From NCBI RefSeq assembly GCF_006345805.1, contig NC_043008.1, forward strand, positions 58,962,001-59,026,000: a DNA stretch of 64,000 bases, written 5' to 3'. Source of the DNA: Octopus sinensis (lineage: Eukaryota). Shown here piece by piece: positions 1 to 12,519 of this stretch. Position 1 is the first letter of the stretch. Every line of letters begins with the position of its first letter. Both the position numbers and the translations under genes were made by a program. Under the pieces are notes generated by a model. That model worked only from the letters and a program-made list of their open reading frames with translations, was not told where the DNA came from and did not search any database.

Positions 1-195
1 AATGCGTAGCCGTATTTCGTCTGCCGTTACGTTCTGAGTTCAAATTCCGCCGAGGTCGACTTTGCCTTTCATCCTTTCGGGGTCGATTAAATAAGTACCA
101 ATTACGCACTGGGGTCGATATAATCAACTTAATCCGGTTGTCTGTCCTTGTTTGTCCCCTCTGTGTTTAGCCCCTTGTGGGTAGTAAAGAAATAG
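1..195 (+). mobile_element. tRNA-derived SINE family S1, head cut by window edge
   Basis: gttctgagttcaaattccgccgaggtcgactttgcctttcatcctttcggggtcgat...gccccttgtgggtagtaaagaaata recurs about ten times in the window; B-box-like gagttcaaatt. Confidence 0.85.
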
Positions 196-269
196 ATATT
201 GAAGGACTTGAAAATGTGGTATCTAAAGGAAGGACATTCTCCCAGTTTTAAATCCCGTGGTTGTGTCCT

Positions 270-1000
270 GTAATTTTAAATAACGTTCAATTGTTTGTCA
301 CTTGATATTTTTTGTATTTACTGTACACCGTCCTTTCTTGGGATTACGGCATTCTATGTAGGGAAATTTTCAGTGGTTGATTATCTTCAATATTTATGTT
401 TTAAGAATCAAATATCGCCATACAGCCTTCTCAATCAATTGGTATATCTGTTATATCGTTATAGTGTTATATAGTGTTTTACAATGATCTCTTCCTAGGA
501 ATTTACTCACGCTGCTTTTTTTGTTTTGTTTTTTCTTTGTCTCCCCTCGGGTTCATTTGCTATCCTTCAAATAATTTTATTTTGAAGCTCAGGAACTTCA
601 GCGAGAGAATTGTTGATAGATTTTTTTCTCCTCTGTTGGTGATATATCTTAAGTGTTACTGACCGAGTCTCATATGAAATCGATCACAATCTAAGGTAAC
701 CCCCACTCACCATGAGTGAGAAATATAATTCATTTCCATCTCAAATGATGTTGAAATTCCCAGCAGTTTCCGAGTTTTAACAACAAGCTTGCTACATTTC
801 TTGTAATATGAAATTCAGAAACTTGACGGCGGTGTCAAAATAGATTCTGCAATGTTGTTGTGAATGATATGCCTGTTGCGGAATAACTATCCTAATTATC
901 ACGGTTTCCTTTACATTCTTGACAATTTCAGTTTTTTTCCTTCACTTTATCAATGGGTCTTTCATAACTGATATGTTAAACCTAACGCTGATATTTGTAT
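270..1000 (-). pseudogene. Possible heavily decayed PLE linker/GIY-YIG relic
   Basis: Minus-strand fragments such as HIIHNNIAESILTPPSSF.ISYYKK and SPTEEKKIY loosely recall PLE C-termini; many stops and frameshifts. Confidence 0.25.
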
Positions 1001-1145
1001 GCTCAAAAACTAAACAGACACAGGTGTTTCAGCTGTTTTGTCAAGCTGTTAATGTTTAGTATTTCTCTTTGTTATTTGGCAAAGCACATGTTTACCAAGA
1101 AATTTTTCAAGAAAATTCATTTGGTCTCACCAATTAACATCTCAG

Positions 1146-1149
<4 letters not shown>

Positions 1150-1241
<92 letters not shown>

Positions 1242-1249
1242 ATTATATA

Positions 1250-1325
<76 letters not shown>
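1150..1325. repeat. (TA)n microsatellite (representative of dozens in the window)
   Basis: Direct reading. Confidence 0.98.
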
Positions 1326-1327
<2 letters not shown>

Positions 1328-1572
1328 CGGTTTCGATTCCCAGACCGGGCGCTGTGTGTGTTTATTGAGCGAAAACAACTAAAATGCTCCACGAGGCTCC
1401 GGTGACTACCCCTGTTGTACTCTTCCGCCACAACTTTCTCTCACTCTGTCTTCCTGTTTCTTGAGTAACGCTGCGATGGGCTGGCGTCCCGTCCGGCTGG
1501 GGGGGGGGAACACATACGCCACAGAAACCGGGAAACCGGGCCCATGAACCTGGCTAGGCTTAAAAAGGGGCG
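1326..1572 (+). mobile_element. SINE family S4, 5'-truncated
   Basis: ggtttcgattcccagaccgggc B-box remnant; gctgcgatgggctggcgtcccgtcc recalls a V-SINE-like central domain (unverified); homologous to 27983-28264 on the opposite strand. Confidence 0.75.
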
Positions 1573-2350
1573 ACGCATACATATGTACACTATATAAATA
1601 GTGTACATATGTATACTTGTACGTAAGCAAGTGTATGAATCTATGAATGTATGCGTGTAAATATCCATGTATGTAAACATATATGTATACGTTGTTTATA
1701 TCCATTACAGTAGGCACGCGTGTTACTATATAATTCATTTTGGAACACCACTTCCAGGGATGACATATTAATTCATTTATCTAAATTGCATTTGTTACCC
1801 AGAACCAAAATTAATATATGCAAATATATTCAATTTCAGTAGTTATTTAGGAGGTGAAAGTGTCTATTTTCATTCACCGTCATGCCAAATTAATTTAGGA
1901 ATCTAATCCAAATTTCCATTATATTAATCTTATTGTAATAAATTTTATTACATTTCACTTCACAATAAATGCATTGGGGATATAATTCTGCATCTCAAAA
2001 GTTATTCTCATGATATTTGCTTTTAATTTTTGAGTTTTGCCATTTGTTAAGATTTTTCGCAAAACGTTTCTGATAAAAGCGATGCAATAGACCAGAATAA
2101 ATTTCAAATAGCATTGTTTACGATATAGCTACTTCTGAGTGGTTACGCAAATATTGTAATATCTATTAATAATCGCTAACATTGTTTCATTTACATATGA
2201 TGAATTACAGAGAGGGAAATACATTATCGTAGGAAATGGAAATATGGAATTTAGCAAGGTACATAAATAATCAGTAAGAGATGAGTATTGTTTATTGACT
2301 ACCTATCCAGCAACATTAGGTGCATTGAATTTAAGTATATTATTCAATGA

Positions 2351-2688
2351 AGGCGCATGGTTCAGTGGTTAGAGCGTCGAGCTTCCGATCGTGAGGTTGT
2401 GAGCTCGAATCCCGGACCGGGCTGCGTGTTGTGTTCTTGAGCAAGACACTTTATTTCACGTTGCTCCAGTTCACTCAGCTGTAGAAATGAGTTGCGACGT
2501 CACAGGTGCCAAGCTGTATCGGCCCCTTTGCATTTCTCTTGGATAACACTGGTGGCGTGGAGAGCGGAGGCCGGTATGCATGAGCGACTGTTGGTCTTCC
2601 ATAAACAACCTTGCCCGGACTTGTGCCTCGGTGGGAAACTTTCTAGGTGCAATACCACGGTCTGTGTCGTGACCGAAGGGGGTCTCAG
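2351..2688 (+). mobile_element. SINE family S3, full length with 9-bp TSD
   Basis: tRNA-like head ggttcagtggttagagcg...gagctcgaatccc; gtgttcttgagcaagacactt core; TSD attcaatga at 2342-2350 and 2689-2697. Confidence 0.85.
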
Positions 2689-2764
2689 ATTCAATGATAC
2701 TTATTCAATTATATATGGATTGACAACAGCTCTATTTTCTGGATGTTACTCTATCACAACACGC

Positions 2765-2823
<59 letters not shown>

Positions 2824-2950
2824 ACGAGAGCGAGAGAGAGACACACACAGACACACAAATACATGCACGCACGCACATCTTATATAATTTGAAAGGGACA
2901 GTGTATGTACGGACGTATGTACATATGTGTGCGTTGTGAGAATATGTATA

Positions 2951-3505
2951 TCTTTCATCTTTTATCGTTCACATGTTTCAGTTATTAGAGTGTGGCCATG
3001 CTGGGGTATCGCCTTGAGGTATTTTAGCCAGACGTATTTCGTCTAGTTTCAAGTCTATTAAATATTTTATCGGTTTTCTTGCAACGAACCGCTACCTAAC
3101 GAGGATGTAAACGACGTGGGGGACAAGCACCGACACAATGACAAACACACAGGCATACACACACACACACACGCACACAAACATACATACATGCATACAT
3201 TCATACATACATACATACATACATTCATACATTCATTCATACATACATACATACATACATACATTCATACATACATACATTCATACATACATGCTTACAT
3301 ACATATGTACATACATACATACATACATACATACATACATACATACATTCATACATACATACATTCATACATACATGCATACATACATACATACATACAG
3401 ACAGACAGACCGAGAGAGAGAGAGAGAGAGAGTTTCCGTCTACCAAATCACCTCAGAAAGGTTTGGCAGGCCCGAGGCTAAAATAGAAGAGTCAGTGCCA
3501 CGCCT
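2951..3505 (-). mobile_element. Diverged SINE S2 variant with internal (CATA)n/(GA)n
   Basis: Reverse complement of the S2 tail (ccccagcatggccacac...ctgaaac) at about 2965-3012; S2 5'-half remnants at about 3430-3505. Confidence 0.65.
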
Positions 3506-3530
3506 TTTTTATGCTTAGCACTACTATAAT

Positions 3531-3572
<42 letters not shown>

Positions 3573-3738
3573 TATGTGTGTATGTGTGTATGTGTGTGTG
3601 TGTGTGTGTGTGTGTATGTATTTATGTATGTACATGATCTGTAATCCGTCAGTTGTTCATAATTATGAAATAAAACCACACACTAAAACTCTTTATTAGC
3701 CGTAATATATTATGTAGTCTTACATATATATATATATA

Positions 3739-3785
<47 letters not shown>

Positions 3786-3994
3786 AGAGAGAGAGAGAGG
3801 GAGAGATAGGAGAGATAGATAGATAGATATACATATCTCCATGCAACCATTATTTATGTATATATATGTATATATACATATTATATGTGTATATACATAC
3901 AAATATATATTTATATATGTATTGATATACATATATATATATATTTGCATATATATATATGTATGTATATATGTATATATATAAATATGTATAC

Positions 3995-4044
<50 letters not shown>

Positions 4045-4289
4045 ATGTGTGTATGTATGTGTATGTGAGTATTTATTTCAAAGAATAAGTAGAGATAGCT
4101 TTTTGAGTGGATAATTTTTATTTTAATCTTAGCAATAATGTTTACAGTGAGTTACTCTGATATCAGTTTCGAACTTCAAGTAGCCGTTTTCAAACTGAAA
4201 ATTATGTTTCACTGGTTGCTCAACAAAAAAAAAAAGATTTTTTCTTACAAGTAGACGTACAAAAAATATACACAGAAAAGAGAAAAGAA

Positions 4290-5365
4290 TATAAAAATTA
4301 TAGAAAATGGAATAAAAAGACTAGAAGCTGAACTCATAAAAGACACAGAAGAATTTCGTCGTAAATTACGATTGAGAAGATTTTTTTCTAAATAATGGAT
4401 ACACAGACCAATCACTGGTTTAAAACAGAACAGATATCATACTTCTCTTAAATAAGATAAACATTAGAAGAATACCTACGGTGATCATCTCAAACTAATA
4501 TGACAGAAAGGAAATGTAAATCCGACATATCTAAAGATCAGTTGGAAGTATTATATTGTTTACAAAAAGATTCTTCGATAGTTTTCAAAGATGTTGACAA
4601 AGGTGAAGCAATAGTTATCATGGACAAGAACCATTACAGAGATGTGGTTACGGAACAGCTCAATGCCCAGCACTTCTACAAGAAGCTAAACCAAAACAAG
4701 GATAAAAATACCGTGTGCAAGATGCATAGACAATTCAATCTACAGACGCCAAAGGAAAACAAACGCACAAAAATAAAAATGAACACATAAGCGTTCCTTT
4801 TGTCATCGCCCACAATCCAAGAAATCATGACATCATCAATACTGCAAAAAGATACCTCCCTATTCTTCAACACTAACCAAAAAAACCAAATTACAGAATC
4901 AAAAGTAATTTATAGCAGACCTAAAAAAGCTCTTAACCCAAGCAAGATTTAGAACTAGAGAAATAACAAAGAATGTTAAAAAATGTAGTGACCCTCGATG
5001 TGGAACGTGTGATTACATTAAGAGAGAACAAATATCTTTCAAAGACAACAACACATTTATAATAAATTTAAATATGAATTTGAAATCTAGAAACTTAATC
5101 TACTGTACCACATGTCCCGAATGCAACGAACACTACATTGGTGAAACGAGCATTGAACTATATGAGAGAGTAAGGGTACATAAGCAACAAATCCATGTGC
5201 CTTCTCTTAGAAAAACAAATTGCTATGAACACTTCGAAACATGTGGGAAAAGAAAATTTAAAATATTTCCTTTCTTCAAACTATTGAGAGAAAAGCAACA
5301 TTTTCGTAAGGTCAAAGAAGAACAATTTATTCGAAAACACCAACCGAAATTGAACGAAAAAATAA
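4290..5365 (+). pseudogene. Penelope-like element: RT N-terminal fragment, large RT deletion, GIY-YIG endonuclease
   Basis: ELIKDTEEFRRKLRLRRFF; IVFKDVDKGEAIVIMDKNHY (cf. PLE KPADKG..VVIMD); VPFVIAHNPRN; stop-free 4921-5365 encoding KCSDPRCGTC...LIYCTTCPECNEHYIGET...RVRVH...HFETC...KEEQFIRKHQPKLN. Confidence 0.92.
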
Positions 5366-6320
5366 TACCGAAACCGCGCGAAACTACCATCCAAACAATC
5401 CACTACCATCCAATCTACCATCCAAACAGAGCTATATATGAGTATACACTCTTTTATGTACTATATGTTTATATATGTGGGTATGTATGTATAGGTGTAT
5501 ATAGATATGTGTGTCTGCATGCCTGTCTGTATGTGTCTGTCTTGAGATATCTATGCGTGTATAGATATGTGTATATTTATGTATGTATATGTGTATATAT
5601 CTGTGTGTATGAATATATATAAATGTGTGTGTATATATATATACATCTGAGGTTTGAGACCCTTCTTCTACACATAATAACTAAATTATATTATATCATG
5701 TTGGACCATTTTACTACTACTCAAAATAAACTTTACACCCGCTTATAATTATATAACGCTAGTTCTTTTAACGCTCAGCATAAATTTGGACTATAGACTG
5801 CTCAAGTTTCCATTCCCCTACTCTTAATAGTACCTTCCTCCTCCATAATGAATTTGTCAGTATTTTGTAACATTTTACTATCTCATACTCATTGCTGGTT
5901 TATTTCACTTCAGTTTTTTTGTAGACCACCTTAAGTCCTCATTGGTCTACTTCTATTTAATTGAGACACCTTATTGTATTTCCTCATTTCACTAAATCCC
6001 AGCACAACGAAATAATTTTTTAACACTTATATATGTGTATGTGTGTGTGTGTACTTGAGTGGATGGATACTGTATGTAAATGTGCATACGTGTATGTGAA
6101 TGCACATGGGTGTATATGTATATATATGATATATCGTTAGCCACTACACACATTTTTCTCTCCTTGTTTCTCTCCTCGTTTTTTTCTGTGTCCCTTTCTG
6201 TAGAAGGGCGTAGGCTCGAAACGTAAAATACTTTTTTCTATTCCTGAGCGTTATACTCTAACATTTGTTTGTTTTGTACACCACCTGTCTTCGTCTTTTG
6301 TTTTTATCGTAAACTCTCCC

Positions 6321-6322
<2 letters not shown>
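5366..6322 (+). mobile_element. Probable PLE 3' UTR and pseudo-LTR (terminus family A) ending at (TA)n
   Basis: Follows the EN ORF, contains a hammerhead-like motif; its tail (cacctgtcttcgtcttttgtttt) recurs at 12935-12992. Confidence 0.6.
6195..6229 (+). ncRNA. Minimal type-I hammerhead-like motif, non-canonical core CUGUAGA
   Basis: UUU CUGUAGA A GGGC GUAG GCUC GAAAC GUA AAA: stem II GGGC/GCUC with one G-U, ACGU palindromic stem III, 3-bp stem I. Confidence 0.55.
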
Positions 6323-6365
<43 letters not shown>

Positions 6366-6370
<5 letters not shown>

Positions 6371-7260
6371 TAATCCAAGCAAGAAAACACAGAAAAAAAC
6401 ACACCAACGCGAGGACGTGGCACAATTAAAGAATTATTTGACGCTCAGGAAAGAAGGGAAGGAGGGTTTAACGTTTCGAGCGGAGCTTTTCGTCGGAAAC
6501 AAAGGAGAAGGAAAGATTCCGAGAAGGGAAGACAGAGGAAGAAATTGTTTTGCTGGTGGTGCTCAAGAGATCACATGTTGAAAGAACAAAAGTTGAAAGG
6601 TAGACGAATCATGATTTTTAAAAACAAGAGAGTTTCAAAGACAGGAAATGTGTGTGGGTGCGTGTGTGTGTGTGTGTGTGTGCAAGGATGACAAGTGTGT
6701 TTGTGCGTGCGTGCGTGTGTGTGTGTATGTATGTATGGTGAATAACAGGCATGGCAGGCCAGCTGTCATAAAGGAGTGGCACTTTTTTGTGTCCAGCAAG
6801 GTCAAAACCAGGTCGAAAACAAAGGTGTGTGCGTGTAAGTATATGTATCGTGTGTGTGTGTTGTTTGTAGTGTGTGTGTGTGCATGTGTGTGTTCGTGTG
6901 TGTATGCGTAGAGTTTGGATGTGTGGCGAGTAACTGTGCTAATATGTTACTAATTTAATTGACCATTAGGCTGACTGATTTATAGATTGTTTAACCAATT
7001 AGCTGGAAAATTAGCTGTTTGTTGGGTTAATCAGCTTACTAATTTTGTATCCCGGATGGCAGATCAGCAGTCCCTAATTTAGGCCCCTTGATCTAGTTAT
7101 TACGTCCCTTTAACCATAAATATTTCCCTAGTTATCCTACTGAAAAAATTCGTTTCTTTGTTTTTACAAATTTCACATTCCTATTAAAAACTTTTTGACC
7201 ATTCTCAATGCCAACCATCTTACTTCCTAAATGTCTGAATATGTTCGTTTCTTAATATTT
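6366..7260 (-). mobile_element. PLE 3' fragment (terminus family B): decayed EN end, CA-rich UTR, pseudo-LTR
   Basis: Minus-strand ...KMVGIE...ITRSRGLN* resembles a GIY-YIG C-terminus; terminus homologous to 16100-16295 and 43308-43482; 6950-7110 is similar to 26330-26510. Confidence 0.6.
6466..6500 (-). ncRNA. Minimal hammerhead-like motif, core CCGACGA (U4C), weakened stem II
   Basis: Reverse complement GUUU CCGACGA A AAGC UCC GCUC GAAAC GUU AAAC. Confidence 0.55.
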
Positions 7261-7462
7261 ATTTTATATTATTACTATCTTTTAAATCTAGCATTTACTA
7301 TCCTAAGCGTTTTGGGGCCCCTTACAGCATACACCATTTCTTATTCATTTATTTATTTATCTTAATAGTCTCAATAGTTGGTCTTTATTTATCTTGGTCT
7401 CAATAGTTGGTCTTATGTTTTTAAATCTCAACTGACCAATTACATCGAACGTTATACCTTGG

Positions 7463-7546
<84 letters not shown>

Positions 7547-7577
7547 ATAGTACTGCTAGAAGTAAAGTTGGAGTAGC

Positions 7578-8040
7578 ACGCTCCCTTGTTTGCAGTGTAT
7601 TTCAGACACAGATTGCGTATCGATAACCAGCTGGTAAAGATGTTTTCCTGGGGTTAAAAGGTAGTAACATGGTCCAACGCAGGATTTCCACCTTACGTAG
7701 GCAAACTGATTTTACTACGCAGTTTAGTTTCCACCCAGATCTAATTCACAGATTTAAAACTAGCTGTTTTACTCATTAAGGGATCAGTGACTGTCTTTCA
7801 TTTATATATTTATACACTGTAGGTAAGGCCGATTAAGCTGCTATCTCTAGCCGGCGGTTGTCCAGCATAGAGGACAACCGCGGCACTGGTAGTGGCTAGA
7901 TGGGATCATTACGCTCCCTTGCTCGAAGTATATTTCAGACACAGATTGTGTCATTAACCAACCGGAAAATATGTCTTCTCGGTGTTAAAACATGGTTCTA
8001 CGCAGAACTGCCACTTTACGTTGGCAAATAGATTTTACTA
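7578..8040. repeat. Diverged direct repeat pair (about 140 bp; 7578-7718 and 7911-8040) flanking a GC-rich hairpin
   Basis: acgctcccttg...tatttcagacacagattg...catggt...acgcag...ttacgt..gcaaa..gattttacta occurs in both copies. Confidence 0.75.
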
Positions 8041-8631
8041 TACATACATAGATGTGTGTGTGTGTGTGTGTGTGTGTATGCATGTATGTATGTGCGTAAA
8101 CCGTCGAATGATTACGGAAACCATATTTGTTAAACTGATTGACGTACATACTCACCAAATCGTAGCATTGTGTCTCCTCTTATGTATTTGTATGTAACTA
8201 TGTACTGCACCAACAGGTCATGGAAAGTGTATTGATTGTTTAGGAGTTCAGAGAACAAGATCTTTCACTGAAATTGCTATATTTTTCTATAACTCCTCAG
8301 GCGCATTTCTTTGCAAATTAGAAATCGTGTACTAAACTAAAAGCGCTTGGTTATATATATATATATTGTTGATATTGAATTAAGATAAAGAGCGTAAAAG
8401 AATGAAGTGGTCAGGGCACAGGAAGCATATATATAGCCTCAGGAATAAGAAATCGTAGGAAAATTAAAAGCAAAGAATGAAACAAAAAAAAATTTTTTTC
8501 TCAGAAAAAAAACATTAAATGATCTTGGAATACATTTTTTTTATTTGTAGAAAAGATTCATGTTAATATAAGTGCAAAAGTAATATGATACATATGCATG
8601 CACAAATACACAGAAAATATAAATGAATACC

Positions 8632-8682
<51 letters not shown>

Positions 8683-8756
8683 ATATATATAAACATTTTA
8701 TATGTGTGTGTATATATATACATACATATATATATAACTCTCTCTCTCCTCTCTCA

Positions 8757-8803
<47 letters not shown>

Positions 8804-9077
8804 CACACACGCACACATATATATAAGATCCAGGTAAAATTTTATTCAAAGCTCGTCGCAGTTATTGGTTACCTGATGTTATCAAACAATAGTAAGGCTC
8901 CTGCTACTGTACATATATCAGGAATTCCGTACTATCCGCAGAGTTTATATAAATAGATATACATTGGACAATGGAATGGACAACATTATTTGTATAAAAC
9001 CACTATACTCGTTTCGACACGTTTTTAAAACTGTAGTACATTGGTGATGTGTTGTGAGATCGTTATTATACCTCCAG

Positions 9078-9125
9078 GATGCTAAATACGTCTCCTTAAG
9101 TGATGCTAAATACGTCTCCTTAAGT
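9078..9125. repeat. 24-bp perfect tandem duplication
   Basis: gatgctaaatacgtctccttaagt x2. Confidence 0.95.
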
Positions 9126-9845
9126 CCTTTGTTGAATCCCCTTTTCATTTCAATCTGTGTGACAATGCATACCCAAAGTGATGTTGACATACCCAAGTGA
9201 TGTTTCAACAGTTGACAGACAAAACTGAACCCATAGATGAAGCGACAGACAAAATGCAATTAAAATCATAATACAAAATACATAAAGAAACACACAAAAG
9301 AAAAGAAAATGGTCGGGTCGACTATAAATTATCATCCTATTTTAAAGGTGAGATTATAAGGAAGTTTTCAGGATTTAGAGATCATAAAGGGATAAAGTGG
9401 TGAAGACTGACCATTCCAGTACTTATCAGCTGTTTCCTTGTCTCTTTCAAGTATCTGAATTATACTTCGTCTCTTGCAATGGAACAACTGGCTCCTCTCT
9501 AGATTCAAACGAATTTAAAGTTTATCTATTACCGATTAGTTTTTAAATGCTTTTTTTAAGGGACGTTAGTATGTATCTTAAATGGCCTGTATACACACAC
9601 CCAGTTACAAGGTACTGTATATTTTTTATACACACACACACTTATGCTTCTTTTTGATATTTTTATCATTTTTACCGGTTGTAGCAGTATATTTTGGGTC
9701 CAAATACCAAACTATATACACTATAGTATGTATATTTTCTATAACAACACATGCATCCATCTATCCATATATGCATGTACGTATGTATGTATGTATGTAT
9801 GTATGTATGTATGTATGTATGTATGTATGTATGTATGTATGTATG

Positions 9846-10481
9846 TCATTGTTCAGTTTTATTTCAAGATTTCTTGCTAATAGAGAAAGAGCCGTTTTGT
9901 AACCTAGATCCAAGTTCCCTTCATTGGAATTTCAACATCAGCAACAGGGTAGTTTTGTATGTCACTTCTATTTTTCGATTATTATAAATCTTCCGCTGAG
10001 GAGGGAGCCGGTCCCCAACAAAGTTAAAAACGTCCATCTTTCGGAAGTAGTTGACACTCACAAATTCGCATTTAGAACTTGAGAAAAGTCTTGCATATCG
10101 TTACTATTCCACTCTCAGATTACACTTGTAATGTACGAATTATCCGGTCGATTTCTCTTTCTCAAAATCCCAGTTTATCCAGAATCTCCTTTAAGCATTT
10201 ACTAACAAAACCTAGTGTCCCAATTATTTTGGTATGAAGATAAATTCATAGCCTGGATATAGAAGCTGGAGGTTTCGAAGTATTTGTCCATAAATATCCT
10301 ATTTTTCTTTGATTTTCAAACAGATATTTATATCTGCAGGGTACATGCATTTGCCACCCAACCCCACGTACCAAACAACAATATCCGGTCTCTTATTCAC
10401 ATTTGATAGACGTTTGGATGGGAATATTCCAAAAGTATTCCTTGATTTGGTGTTTATGAACGCATTCCATAACAGAGGGAT
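9846..10481 (-). mobile_element. 5'-truncated REL-endonuclease non-LTR retrotransposon (R4/Dong-like)
   Basis: Minus strand with frameshifts: EYFWNIPIQTSIKC..RPDIVVW...PADINICLKIKEK*DIYGQILRNLQLLYPGYEFIFIP.IIGTLGFVSKCLKEILDKLGF...GIVTICKTFLKF*; RPD...EK is the REL signature; 3' UTR runs into (CATA)n. Confidence 0.8.
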
Positions 10482-10858
10482 ATGTATATACGTATGTATA
10501 CACACACACTCAAACACACACACACACTCAAACACACACACACACTCAAACACACACACACAAATATATATATGTATAACTTAAAACACTCCAGGAACAT
10601 TTTTCCATGTAGTCACTCTACATGATTTGGATTTGTTCGATATAGTTTATGTAAAATTAAATGCATCACTGTCACTATATACGTATGTGCGAATTCATCT
10701 CTACGGCTACATGCATATGCATTTGTTTCAGAGCAGACTTCCATTCACCAATTTCATTCGTTTGCTCTCTTACTATTTCGCTTCCTCTCTCTTGATCCCT
10801 CCGTATTTTTCAGGTGTTTCGCTCAAGGTCTCATAGAAATACGAGCAACAGTGATATA

Positions 10859-10896
<38 letters not shown>

Positions 10897-10918
10897 TATA
10901 TATAATATATATATATAT

Positions 10919-10950
<32 letters not shown>

Positions 10951-11149
10951 CATATATATATATACATATATATATATTATATATATTATATATATATATA
11001 TAATATATATATATATACACAGACACCCACACACACATATATATATATATACACACATATATTTAAACACAAATACATAGACACACAAACACACTGAAGC
11101 ATACACATATAAATATGAATATTCCCATATATACCAATAATTACATATA

Positions 11150-11187
<38 letters not shown>

Positions 11188-11860
11188 TGCAGAAAATATA
11201 GTGAAAATTACTTATATCTAATCTGATAAGGAATTGTACAAGGAATGGGAATGGAAAAAAGAATGCAGAAATATAGGTTATCATCTGTGTTCTTTTTTTC
11301 TTATTTTTTTTGCGAACGGCAATATTTTCAAAGAAGTAAAACGGTAAGATTTGGAAAAATTCAAGTAATGGAAACATACTGATCCAAACACACACACACA
11401 ACACACACAAAACACACACACACACACGCGCGCGCGCGCACATACACACACGTATACACACGTACATGTCCACGTGAAATACATTAAGCACATTCAAGAA
11501 TATAGATAACAAAATCTTTCACCTCTACATGTTTATTTATTGACGCATATATATTGATATATATATATATATATATATATCTATTTGTGTGTGCGTGTGT
11601 ATGTGTGTGTGTGTAGGGATATACATGTGTGTGTATGTATATGCGTGTGTATATAATGCTGTATCGATATATTACGAATATCGCTATATATCTTGAGTGA
11701 CATATACGCACATGCGCACACACAACACACATATTAAATATGCATGTTTCCTTTATGGAAACATAGTCATGTGCTTTTACTACAGCAATAGAGAAGTTTT
11801 GCATTTAGGTGTCTTACCGTCCCTGGTCCCACTTAGTGTCTATTATATTTCCGTAGCCTA

Positions 11861-11890
11861 CTAAAGAGGTTACGGAAATAGCCGAAACAG
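11861..11890 (+). ncRNA. Degenerate hammerhead relic in a probable PLE pseudo-LTR
   Basis: CUAAAGA GGUUA CGGAAA UAGCC GAAACAG; core G5 mutated; partial direct repeat 11805-11850 vs 12020-12070. Confidence 0.4.
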
Positions 11891-12091
11891 AACTTTCATT
11901 ATACGGAATTCTCAAGTCGGTGTCTTTTTGGCGATTGCAGCCCCTGTGAGCATAAATGTATACACTTATGAGCTTTTACAACAAGATTAGAGTATTTTAG
12001 CTCTTATTTCAAGTAGTATAGGTGTCTTGACGCCCTTAGCCGCATTTAGTGACTATTATACTTTTCGTTTATAGTAATATATATACAAGAT

Positions 12092-12515
12092 AAGGCGGCG
12101 AAATGATTAGCGGTATTTCGTCTGCCGTTACGTTCTGAGTTCAAATTCCGCCGAGTTCGACTTTGCCTTTCATCCTTTCGGAGTCGATAAATTAAGTACC
12201 AGTTACGCACTGGGGTCGATATAATCGACGTAATCCGTTTGTCTGTCCTTGTTTGTCCCCTCTATGTTTAGCCCCCTGTGGGCAATAAATAAATAAGAAT
12301 CGTTAGCACGCCGGGGGAAATGCTTAGCGGTATTTCGTCTGCTGATATTCCGTTCTGAGTTGAAGTTACGCCGAGGTTGACTTTGCCTTTCATCCTATCG
12401 GGGTCGATAAATTAAGTACCAGTTACGCACTGGGATCGATGTAATCGACTTAATCCCTTTGTCTGTCCTTGTTTGTCCTCTCTATGCTTAGCCCCTTGTG
12501 GGTAATAAAGAAATA
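12092..12515 (+). mobile_element. SINE S1 tandem dimer
   Basis: Unit 1 aaggcggcg..(deletion)..aaataaata joined directly to unit 2 agaatcgttagcacgccggg at about 12295. Confidence 0.85.
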
Positions 12516-12519
12516 AATA

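Noticed and set aside
2351-2430. tRNA-like sequences here and at about 28195-28264, 34805-34880 and 50945-51016
   Set aside because: They are SINE heads continuing into SINE bodies, some with TSDs; no complete cloverleaf
8255-8305. Minus-strand CUGAGGA with a 6-bp GUUAUA/UAUAGC stem
   Set aside because: GAAA is not adjacent to the stem and stem I cannot form
9996-10020. CUGAGGA-GGGA/UCCC hammerhead-like start
   Set aside because: No GAAA after the stem, and it lies antisense within the R4/Dong-like 3' UTR
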